DNA of 57,978 bases, from assembly GCA_014729555.1 (NCBI GenBank), contig WJJT01000021.1:1-57978 (forward strand), in the 5' to 3' direction. The notes beneath the pieces were generated by a model, which was given only the letters and a program-made list of their open reading frames with translations, ran no database searches and had not been told where the DNA came from. Shown piece by piece: positions 18,124 to 25,228 of the stretch; position 1 is the first letter of the stretch, and each line of letters opens with the position of its first letter. This DNA is from Candidatus Woesearchaeota archaeon (GTDB lineage Archaea > Nanobdellota > Nanobdellia > Woesearchaeales > ARS49). The position numbers and the translations under genes were made by a program.

Positions 18124-19068
18124 ATGATATGCATAATTGCTTTGGCGGTATTCAGTATTCTGGCAGTATTTTCTGCTAGCTACCGCCCTCTTGCAGCCGA
18201 GGCTTTTGACTGTGTTTTCAGAAAGGCTACTTTCAGGAAGTGCAGGACTAATCTTGACCAGAGATTAAAGAGCCAGATCACCGGAAAATTGCTTACCAAA
18301 AGCCCGGGGCTTGCAAGATTTGTTTACAAGCGATTTGAGATTCTGTCCTGGATTTTTGTTATTTTGTTCATAGCCAGCCTGGCTTACACTGTTTATGGTG
18401 GCTATAATTATGCATTGTATGGCAATTGTTATGGTCCTGAGGATAATGGTGGTTTTTGTATATACAATGCCCTGGAAGGAGAGCAGTTCTCTAAGATTCA
18501 TGCAGAGCTTGAGGGAGAGACTGTTCTGCCGACTGCAGATGATGACCCTGCTATGGGTCCTGATGACGCCAAGGTTGAGATGATTGAGTTTGGTTGTTAT
18601 ATGTGTCCTTTTAGCAGGGAGGCGCAGGAGGTTGTAAAGCAGGTTCTTGAAAAGTATGGTGACAGGATTAAGTTTGTTTACAGGGATTTTCCTATTGAGC
18701 AGAGCGGCCACTCTGATTTGCACATGGCTTCTAATTGTGCGAATGAGCAGGGAAAGTTTTGGGAGATTCATGATTTATTGTTTACAGAGCAGGAGGTTTG
18801 TGCCCAGACAACTGGAGAGGAAAGAGAAAAGCAGGTTCAGGATATTGCAGAGCAGGCCGGCCTGGATATGGCTGAGTTCAATGCATGTATGAAATCTGAG
18901 AAATATGAAGATGAAATTGATAAAGATTTTCAGGATGGCTTGAAAGCAGGCGTGTATGGCACTCCAACATTCTTTATCAATGGAAGGACTATCATTGGAC
19001 CGAAACCTTTAAGAGCTTTTGAAAAAATCATTGATGAAGAGCTGGAGAAAGCTGAAAATGGGTCTTAA
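18124..19068 (+). CDS. membrane-anchored DsbA-like thiol:disulfide oxidoreductase with novel two-TM Cys-pair N-domain
   Basis: C-terminal DsbA-type domain (EFGCYMCPFSREA, FWEIHDLLF, VYGTPTFFINGR). The N-terminal part has two TM helices, C30-x9-C40 in the basic loop and C102-x9-C112 after TM2. Confidence 0.75.
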   Translation: MICIIALAVFSILAVFSASYRPLAAEAFDCVFRKATFRKCRTNLDQRLKSQITGKLLTKSPGLARFVYKRFEILSWIFVILFIASLAYTVYGGYNYALYGNCYGPEDNGGFCIYNALEGEQFSKIHAELEGETVLPTADDDPAMGPDDAKVEMIEFGCYMCPFSREAQEVVKQVLEKYGDRIKFVYRDFPIEQSGHSDLHMASNCANEQGKFWEIHDLLFTEQEVCAQTTGEEREKQVQDIAEQAGLDMAEFNACMKSEKYEDEIDKDFQDGLKAGVYGTPTFFINGRTIIGPKPLRAFEKIIDEELEKAENGS

Positions 19069-20254
19069 TGTTGAGGGTATAAGAAAGGATTTCCCGATTC
19101 TGCAAAGGAAATTAGCTGGCAAGCCTGTTGTTTATTTTGATAATGCATGCCAGAGCCTGCGTCCTGTGCAGGTTATTGAGAAAATCAATGAATACTACAA
19201 GGATTTTCCTGCCTGCGGTGAGAGAAGCATGCATAAGCTGGGCAAGAAGGTTGATGAGGGTGTTGACAAGGCAAGAAAATCCCTTCAGGCTTTTTTTAAT
19301 GCAAAAAGAACAGAGGAAATTATTTTTACAAAGAATGCTACAGAGGCTATTAATATTGTTGCTCATGCTCTTGATTTAAGTAAAGGGGATGTTGTTTTGA
19401 CAACTGATAAAGAGCATAATTCTAATTTGATTCCCTGGCAGCTGCTTAAGGAAAAAGGTGTTAAACACGAGGTTGTTGAGTTCAACAACTTGGATGCCTT
19501 GAATGACAAGTTGACAAAAAATGTTAAGATTGTTTCCATGGTGCATACCTCTAATATGGACGGCACTAGTATTGATGCTAAAGAGATGATTAAGGCTGTG
19601 CATGACAATGGCAGTTTATTCATGCTTGATGCCTGCCAGTCTGCTCCTCATAAAACTGTTGATGTGAGAAAGCTTGATGTTGATTTCATGGCTTGTTCTG
19701 GCCACAAGATGCTTGGCCCCAGCGGTATTGGCTTGTTATATGGAAAGCAGGATGCTTTGTCAAAATTAAAGCCGTTTGTTGTTGGAGGCAGTACTGTTTC
19801 AGAGTCTACTTACTCCTCCTGTGACCTGGAAAAGCCCCCTCATTTGTTTGAGGCCGGCCTGCAGAATTATGCTGGAATAATGGGGTTTGGTGCTGCTGCA
19901 GATTACCTCAAGAAAACAGGATTAGATAATGTTTCTGCGCACGAGCTTAGGTTGAACAGGAAAATCACTGATGCTGTCGGTGATTCTGTTGAATTGCTTG
20001 GCCCAAAGAATCCAGAGTTAAGGGGAAGTATTTTTAGTTTTAATGTTCCTGGCCTGGAGACTCATAATGTTGCAGTTATGCTTGATGAGGCTGCTAATGT
20101 GATGGTCAGGAGCGGTGCTCACTGCTGTCATTCCTGGTTTAACGCGCATAAGATGCTGGGTTCTGTTAGGGCTTCTCTTTATTTATACAATACAGAAGAG
20201 GAATGTGATGTTTTTATTAAAGAATTGCAGAAAATAGTGAAATTACTTTCCTAG
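19058..20254 (+). CDS. sufS: cysteine desulfurase (SufS/class V aminotransferase)
   Basis: PLP-lysine motif CSGHKMLGPSGIGLLYG and active-site RSGAHCCH. Start set at MGLNVEGIRKDFPIL, overlapping the dsbA-like stop by 11 nt. Confidence 0.9.
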   Translation: MGLNVEGIRKDFPILQRKLAGKPVVYFDNACQSLRPVQVIEKINEYYKDFPACGERSMHKLGKKVDEGVDKARKSLQAFFNAKRTEEIIFTKNATEAINIVAHALDLSKGDVVLTTDKEHNSNLIPWQLLKEKGVKHEVVEFNNLDALNDKLTKNVKIVSMVHTSNMDGTSIDAKEMIKAVHDNGSLFMLDACQSAPHKTVDVRKLDVDFMACSGHKMLGPSGIGLLYGKQDALSKLKPFVVGGSTVSESTYSSCDLEKPPHLFEAGLQNYAGIMGFGAAADYLKKTGLDNVSAHELRLNRKITDAVGDSVELLGPKNPELRGSIFSFNVPGLETHNVAVMLDEAANVMVRSGAHCCHSWFNAHKMLGSVRASLYLYNTEEECDVFIKELQKIVKLLS

Positions 20255-20404
20255 CCTGTCTACTTCTTTGACTATGTCATTTGCTTCTTGCATGGGCTGT
20301 TCTTCTAAAGCAGCCTTGCCGCAATACGGGCAAAGTGTTGGCTGGAAATTCCTTGAAAATTTCCAATTACACGCTGCACATCTGTACTTTTTCTTTGTAG
20401 CCAT
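20243..20404 (-). CDS. small zinc-ribbon protein (53 aa), below the ORF-track size cutoff
   Basis: My own translation of the minus strand gives MATKKKYRCAACNWKFSRNFQPTLCPYCGKAALEEQPMQEANDIVKEVDRLGK. It has a CxxC-x12-CxxC pattern. GGGGGAT SD lies 4 nt upstream of the ATG. The 3' end overlaps the sufS stop region convergently. Confidence 0.6.
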   Translation of the reverse strand: MATKKKYRCAACNWKFSRNFQPTLCPYCGKAALEEQPMQEANDIVKEVDRLGK

Positions 20405-20499
20405 TATTATCCCCCGCATAGTCTGTTATTAAAGAAATATTTAAATGTTGTGTTTCTTATGGAAAAATTATTAAATCAGAATGTTTATTTTAGTTAAAA

Positions 20500-20727
20500 A
20501 TGAGGTCAGCAACTATATTTGCATTGTTTTTGTTGGCTGCAATCCTTGTAGCAGGCTTGTATGCCAATAGCATCAAGACTTATGCTGTGCGTTCTGTTAA
20601 TGATGACTGTGCTGACGGCCTTTGCTATGGCTGTGTTCTTGATGGTGTTCCCTGCACCTGCTACAGCCAGGAGTGTGTCTGCGGAGAAAAGATTGTTCCT
20701 TTAGACACCTGTGTTACTGCAGGATAA
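20500..20727 (+). CDS. small secreted Cys-rich peptide
   Basis: Signal peptide MRSATIFALFLLAAILVAGLYA followed by about 50 residues. Eight Cys lie in the last 42 residues. Confidence 0.6.
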   Translation: MRSATIFALFLLAAILVAGLYANSIKTYAVRSVNDDCADGLCYGCVLDGVPCTCYSQECVCGEKIVPLDTCVTAG

Positions 20728-20745
20728 AAAGAATTTCTTGCTCTT

Positions 20746-21381
20746 TTATTTCAGTATGGCTCTTGCATCTGCCACTTTTCCTGATTTGTCATTTATGATA
20801 AATGGGTTTATGTCCAGTTCTTCTATGTTTTTGTGTTTTTCAGGTATTTTTGATGTTTTTACAAGAGTGTTTTTCAGGATTTTCATGTTTGCTGGCTTTT
20901 CTCCCCTGAATCCTTGAAGCAGTTTTTTTGCTTTTAGCTCGTTTATCATTTCTTCTGCGTCCTTTTGTGTTATTGGGCACACCCTGAAGCTCACGTCTTT
21001 CAGTAATTCTACAAATACTCCCCCTATTCCAAACAATATCACGTGCCCGAATGTTGGGTCGTTTTTAAGTCCAATAATTGTTTCCGCCCCTTTGATGTGC
21101 TCCTGCACAAGGATTCCGTCAAGCTTTATTTTTTTCTTTTTTGCTGTGCTTGTTAAATTCTTGAATTCCTTTGTTAATTCTTCTTCATTGCCTGCTTTTC
21201 TTATTCCTTTTATTTCTGTCTTGTGAAGTGCATCTGGGGATATTAGTTTCAGCATTACAGGGTATTTTGTTTTTTTTGCAAATGCTTTAGCTTCTTTCTC
21301 TTTTTTCGTGAGTATGCTTTTTGCTATTGGCAGGTATTTTGATAATAGTTTTTCTGCTTTTGGTTCTGTTAGTTTTTTCAT
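20746..21381 (-). CDS. acdB: acetyl-CoA synthetase (ADP-forming) beta subunit / ATP-grasp domain protein
   Basis: EPKAEKLLSKYLPIAKS..., PVMLKLISPDALHKTEIKGIRK and GHVILFGIGGVFVELLKDVSFRVCPI match the ATP-grasp beta subunit of NDP-forming acyl-CoA synthetases. ATGA overlap with the MFS gene. Confidence 0.8.
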   Translation of the reverse strand: MKKLTEPKAEKLLSKYLPIAKSILTKKEKEAKAFAKKTKYPVMLKLISPDALHKTEIKGIRKAGNEEELTKEFKNLTSTAKKKKIKLDGILVQEHIKGAETIIGLKNDPTFGHVILFGIGGVFVELLKDVSFRVCPITQKDAEEMINELKAKKLLQGFRGEKPANMKILKNTLVKTSKIPEKHKNIEELDINPFIINDKSGKVADARAILK

Positions 21382-22568
21382 CTTGCTTTCACATTGTATA
21401 GCGCGAGCAGTCCCAGTATAAAAAATATTAGCAGGGATATTATTGCCCAGGAGTATCCTGTTCTTACTGCGAGAAAGCCGAATAGTATTGGCCCGATTAC
21501 TCCTGAGAACTTGTCGCTTAGTTCCATAAAGCCAAAGAATTGTCCTTCTTTTTTCTTTGGCGCTATTTCAAGCAGTAATGGCCGCATTGCTGTCCATACA
21601 GAGCCAAGTGCTATTCCCCCTAACACACCGCCTATCATGAATGTCGTCAGGGATGCTGTTTTTAACAGCACAAACAGTGTTATTATCCAGAGCACTCCTG
21701 CTATTGCCATTGTTTTTTTTGGTCCGAGCCTGTCTGTTATTTTTCCAAATATCAATGCTCCTATTGCTGCTGCTATTGAGAATAGTATGTATACTCCCAT
21801 GAATGCTTTTACTGTGAGCCCTATCTCTGATTTTCCGTAGAGATAAAGAAATACTATTACTGCGTTTATTGCGTTTACATACATGAATGTTGATATAAGA
21901 AACCACACAAGGCTTTTGTGTTGTCTTATTCTTGCAAGAGTGTATTTTACGTCTGAGAAAGATTTCAGAATGTCTTTTCCTAATTTATCTTTTGCTGGCT
22001 TGTCTCTTATCACCAAAAATGTTATTATTGAAAACCCGAAAAAGAATGCTGCTGTTGCTGGAAACATTATTTTTACTCCAAGTTCTGTTTCCCACCCAAA
22101 GTGGCTTAGTATGGCCCAGGTCATCAGGAGACTGAGGAATGTTCCAATGTACCCTATTCCTACCCCTATTCCGCTTACCTTTCCTACGTCTTTTTTGCTT
22201 GATATTTTCGGCAGTATTGCATTATATACTGTTAATGCTGCGTGGTAAAAGTAGTTTGCTATGAAGCCTAGTATTAATGCCCATTTCAGGCTTGAGTGCA
22301 CTACAAAATATGTTGCTGTGCAGCACAGGATTGTGAATCCTATGAGGTATGACATTCGTCTGCCTCTTCTGTCTGACAAGGCTCCTATGAATGGCACTGT
22401 GACTGCAACTAAAAGCATTGACAGCCCGAACACAAGCCCTATCTGGAATTCATTTCCGCCCAGGTATTGCTTGATATACAGCGGAAAAAAGAATGTCACG
22501 AATAATGCAGAGAATGCTGTGTTTGCCAGGTCATACACGCTCCAGGCCAGTACCTCTTTTTTTCTCAT
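21378..22568 (-). CDS. MFS transporter (UMF1/Atg22-like)
   Basis: About 12 predicted TM helices. N-terminal AWSVYDLANTAFSALFVTFFFPLYIK and the loop GALSDRRGRR are typical of the family. Confidence 0.8.
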   Translation of the reverse strand: MRKKEVLAWSVYDLANTAFSALFVTFFFPLYIKQYLGGNEFQIGLVFGLSMLLVAVTVPFIGALSDRRGRRMSYLIGFTILCCTATYFVVHSSLKWALILGFIANYFYHAALTVYNAILPKISSKKDVGKVSGIGVGIGYIGTFLSLLMTWAILSHFGWETELGVKIMFPATAAFFFGFSIITFLVIRDKPAKDKLGKDILKSFSDVKYTLARIRQHKSLVWFLISTFMYVNAINAVIVFLYLYGKSEIGLTVKAFMGVYILFSIAAAIGALIFGKITDRLGPKKTMAIAGVLWIITLFVLLKTASLTTFMIGGVLGGIALGSVWTAMRPLLLEIAPKKKEGQFFGFMELSDKFSGVIGPILFGFLAVRTGYSWAIISLLIFFILGLLALYNVKAR

Positions 22569-22590
22569 AAGCGTGTTATTTAGTTTGGGG

Positions 22591-22625
22591 TTTATAAATA
22601 TTTCTTAATCCATTAGCTTAAAATA
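22591..22625. promoter_or_regulatory. back-to-back TATA-like boxes of a divergent promoter
   Basis: TTTATAAATA (22591-22600) lies 23-32 nt from the minus-strand ATG at 22568. TTAAAATA (22618-22625) lies 23-30 nt from the plus-strand ATG at 22648. Both transcripts would be near-leaderless. Confidence 0.4.
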
Positions 22626-22647
22626 CTCTCTGCACGTATTTGCTTTT

Positions 22648-23388
22648 ATGTATGAAGACTCTTTGGATACAGACATCTTTGATTTGAGTGATATGTCTTT
22701 GGTACTTAAGGAAATGCTGGGAAAGTATGCTGATTTATTCCGGCCTTATGTTTCTTTTGGTGATTTTGCGTCTCTCAGGGGAACTCCTGGCAAGAATTAT
22801 ACTGCACGCACAGAGGTTCCTGTTCACGGCAGGAACAAAGATTCTATAGGCACGCTTTATGCTTTGGTTTTTCAGTTCCAGGATGGAACTGGTAATGACA
22901 GCACTTTCAAGCCAGGGGATTTAGAATTGCCAGGCAGGTTTAAGTCAATGAAAGATCCTAGAACAGTTTTTCCAAGATCTAAGCAAGGCATACGAATGGA
23001 GGCTTTTTTCCCTTTTTTTACTGCACTGGATGGAAAATATCACAAGCATGCTGTTTGTCTTGAGGAATTGACTGTTGATAACCCTGAAAATCCTGCAACT
23101 ATTATCCCGCAGGGTATTCTTGGTTTGAAAACAACAGAATATAGCCGTGCCTTAAGAGGAGAGAAAATAAAAGGGTATGATGATATTAATCCGCCTTTGT
23201 TCTTGACTTGCGGATACAAAGAGGGTGCCAGATTTGGTGATCCTCACGCAATTTACCATTCTATTCCTGCTGAAGGTGCGCAGGTTGCTGGTTTTCTTGC
23301 AGTGCCTGATGATACTAATGCGGATTTAGATACCTTGGGCATACTTTTTAAGGCTAAGGGAAAACCGCCTTTAAAATATGACCAGTAA
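22648..23388 (+). CDS. hypothetical protein
   Basis: 246-aa ORF and first gene of the plus-strand operon. No recognisable motif. Confidence 0.6.
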   Translation: MYEDSLDTDIFDLSDMSLVLKEMLGKYADLFRPYVSFGDFASLRGTPGKNYTARTEVPVHGRNKDSIGTLYALVFQFQDGTGNDSTFKPGDLELPGRFKSMKDPRTVFPRSKQGIRMEAFFPFFTALDGKYHKHAVCLEELTVDNPENPATIIPQGILGLKTTEYSRALRGEKIKGYDDINPPLFLTCGYKEGARFGDPHAIYHSIPAEGAQVAGFLAVPDDTNADLDTLGILFKAKGKPPLKYDQ

Positions 23389-23436
23389 GCAAACATTTTT
23401 ATACCTATTTTCTTAATTTTCTGTAAAGAGGTGAAA

Positions 23437-24048
23437 ATGGCATATTTTTTTACTAAACTTTTATTGTATCCTTTGATGCGGCTTTTGTTTGTAAAGAAAA
23501 TCATTGGATTGGATAATCTTCCTAAGAAAGCTCCTTATATTCTTGCTGCCAACCATGCGAGTTATATTGATGGTGTATTGATGTTTCTGACAATTCTCTG
23601 GCACAAGAACAAGCCTGTTCATATCTTGATTTACAGGGAGTTTTTCAAGACCTGGCTCAAGAGGTTTGTGTTCTTGACCTGGTATAGGCAGATGCAGGCA
23701 AATCACTCTGTTGATCATGCTGTTGAATATCTTGAAAATGATGAGCTTGTGGGTATTTTTCCAGAGGGCGGCAGGACCCGCACTGGCAGGATGAAGAAAG
23801 TCACAGGCACGGGAATTGCTGTGCTGGCTCTTGAAACTGGTTTGCCTGTTGTTCCTATGGGTATTGAAGGAAGTTATGAGCTTTGGTCAAGATACAGGAA
23901 ATTGCCTAAGTTCAAGAGGCTTGTTACTATCAGAATAGGAAAGCCGATGAGGTTTAACTTGAGAATGAATAAAAAGAATTATAAAACAGTAACAAGCAGG
24001 GTTATGAATAAGATTGCAAAGCTTGCAGGGAATGAGTATAAATGGTAA
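23437..24048 (+). CDS. PlsC-like 1-acyl-sn-glycerol-3-phosphate acyltransferase family protein
   Basis: LPLAT motifs AANHASYIDG (HX4D) and FPEGGRTRTG, plus an N-terminal hydrophobic helix. GAGGTGA SD precedes the ATG at 23437; a GTG at 23431 is an alternative start. Confidence 0.8.
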   Translation: MAYFFTKLLLYPLMRLLFVKKIIGLDNLPKKAPYILAANHASYIDGVLMFLTILWHKNKPVHILIYREFFKTWLKRFVFLTWYRQMQANHSVDHAVEYLENDELVGIFPEGGRTRTGRMKKVTGTGIAVLALETGLPVVPMGIEGSYELWSRYRKLPKFKRLVTIRIGKPMRFNLRMNKKNYKTVTSRVMNKIAKLAGNEYKW

Positions 24049-24049
24049 T

Positions 24050-25228
24050 ATGAAACAAGTGCTTTCAGTTCAGGAATTAAGAAGTCTAAACCCAATGCAG
24101 ATTGAAAGGCTGCAGAATGCTAAGTTTCATGCTGCTGCCAAGAATCTTCTTCCTCAGACCAAGTTTTATTCAGGTTTGTTCAAGGAGTATGGTGTTGATC
24201 CTGCCAAGCTTAAGAAAGTTGAGGACTGGAAAAAGCAGGGCCTTCCATTGGTTAAAAAGTTTTATTACATGAAGCATGTTGAGGATTTTGTTGTCAAGCC
24301 GGATGATGCTTTTAAGACGCATTTGTCTTATTTGCGTGACTTGAGCACTGGTGCTGCTCTTGATTTGGCTTTCAAAATGCTTGACAAGCAGGCATTGGCG
24401 CATCAGCTTCATTATTTTTTTCACCCTAAGATGCCTTTGTTTTCTGGCGGCACTCAGAGCGGAAAGCCCACTCCTACTTTGATTACTATGCCTCAGCTGA
24501 GAAACCTGGATAATGTGATGGGTATTGCTGCTCAGTTGATGAGCCAGGATTATTTCAAGGATACTGTTGGCATGAATTTGTTTCCTTATGGCCCGCATCT
24601 TGCCTGGCATGCTGTTCAGTCTGCTTTTAATCTTGGTGTTGACCTGAATCTTGCCACTGCTGCTGGCAGTGCCATGAAAACAAAAGACTTGGTGGAAATG
24701 GCTGATAAGTTCAAGGCCAATGTTTTTGCAGGCATGGCCGAGTATATGGCTAACAGGTTTTTGCCTATGGCTGTGAAAAAGAAAATCAAGTTGAAAAAAA
24801 ATATTTTGTTTATTAATGGTTCTGAGCCTATGCTTTCTAAGGACAAGGATAAAATCCTTAAGTTGTCTAAAAAGCTTGGTGTTAAGAACACGTTGGTTCT
24901 TGATTTTTATGGTGTGAGTGAGATGAAGGAGGATATTTTTGCTGAGTGCCGTCCTGGTTCTGGTTTTCATCATATTGCTCCTCTTTCCACAATAGTAAAG
25001 ACAATTAGGATTAATAAGTTGAAAAAAGGTGATTTCATTGATGACTGGAGTTTTTCAAAGCCAGAGGATGGCGGTGCTGCTGTTATGTGGAACATTAATG
25101 GTGCAGGGACTCTCCTTCACGGCTACTTGGTCGGGGATAAATATAAAAAAATAGTTAAAGGCAGGTGCCCTAACTGCAGGTTAAACACTGAAAGAGTTTA
25201 TGGTGTTGGCAGGCTTGAGTTAAAATGA
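24050..25228 (+). CDS. PaaK/F390-synthetase-like adenylate-forming enzyme (ANL superfamily)
   Basis: N-terminus ...IERLQNAKFHAAAKNLLPQTKFYSGLFKEYGVDPAKLKKVEDW resembles phenylacetate-CoA ligases. P-loop-like FSGGTQSGKPTP. Start set at MKQVLSV, 1 nt after the plsC-like stop. Confidence 0.65.
   Translation: MKQVLSVQELRSLNPMQIERLQNAKFHAAAKNLLPQTKFYSGLFKEYGVDPAKLKKVEDWKKQGLPLVKKFYYMKHVEDFVVKPDDAFKTHLSYLRDLSTGAALDLAFKMLDKQALAHQLHYFFHPKMPLFSGGTQSGKPTPTLITMPQLRNLDNVMGIAAQLMSQDYFKDTVGMNLFPYGPHLAWHAVQSAFNLGVDLNLATAAGSAMKTKDLVEMADKFKANVFAGMAEYMANRFLPMAVKKKIKLKKNILFINGSEPMLSKDKDKILKLSKKLGVKNTLVLDFYGVSEMKEDIFAECRPGSGFHHIAPLSTIVKTIRINKLKKGDFIDDWSFSKPEDGGAAVMWNINGAGTLLHGYLVGDKYKKIVKGRCPNCRLNTERVYGVGRLELK

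Noticed and set aside
24170-24973. 267-aa minus-strand ORF
   Set aside because: Antisense to the PaaK-like gene. It has a basic low-complexity product and no promoter or SD.
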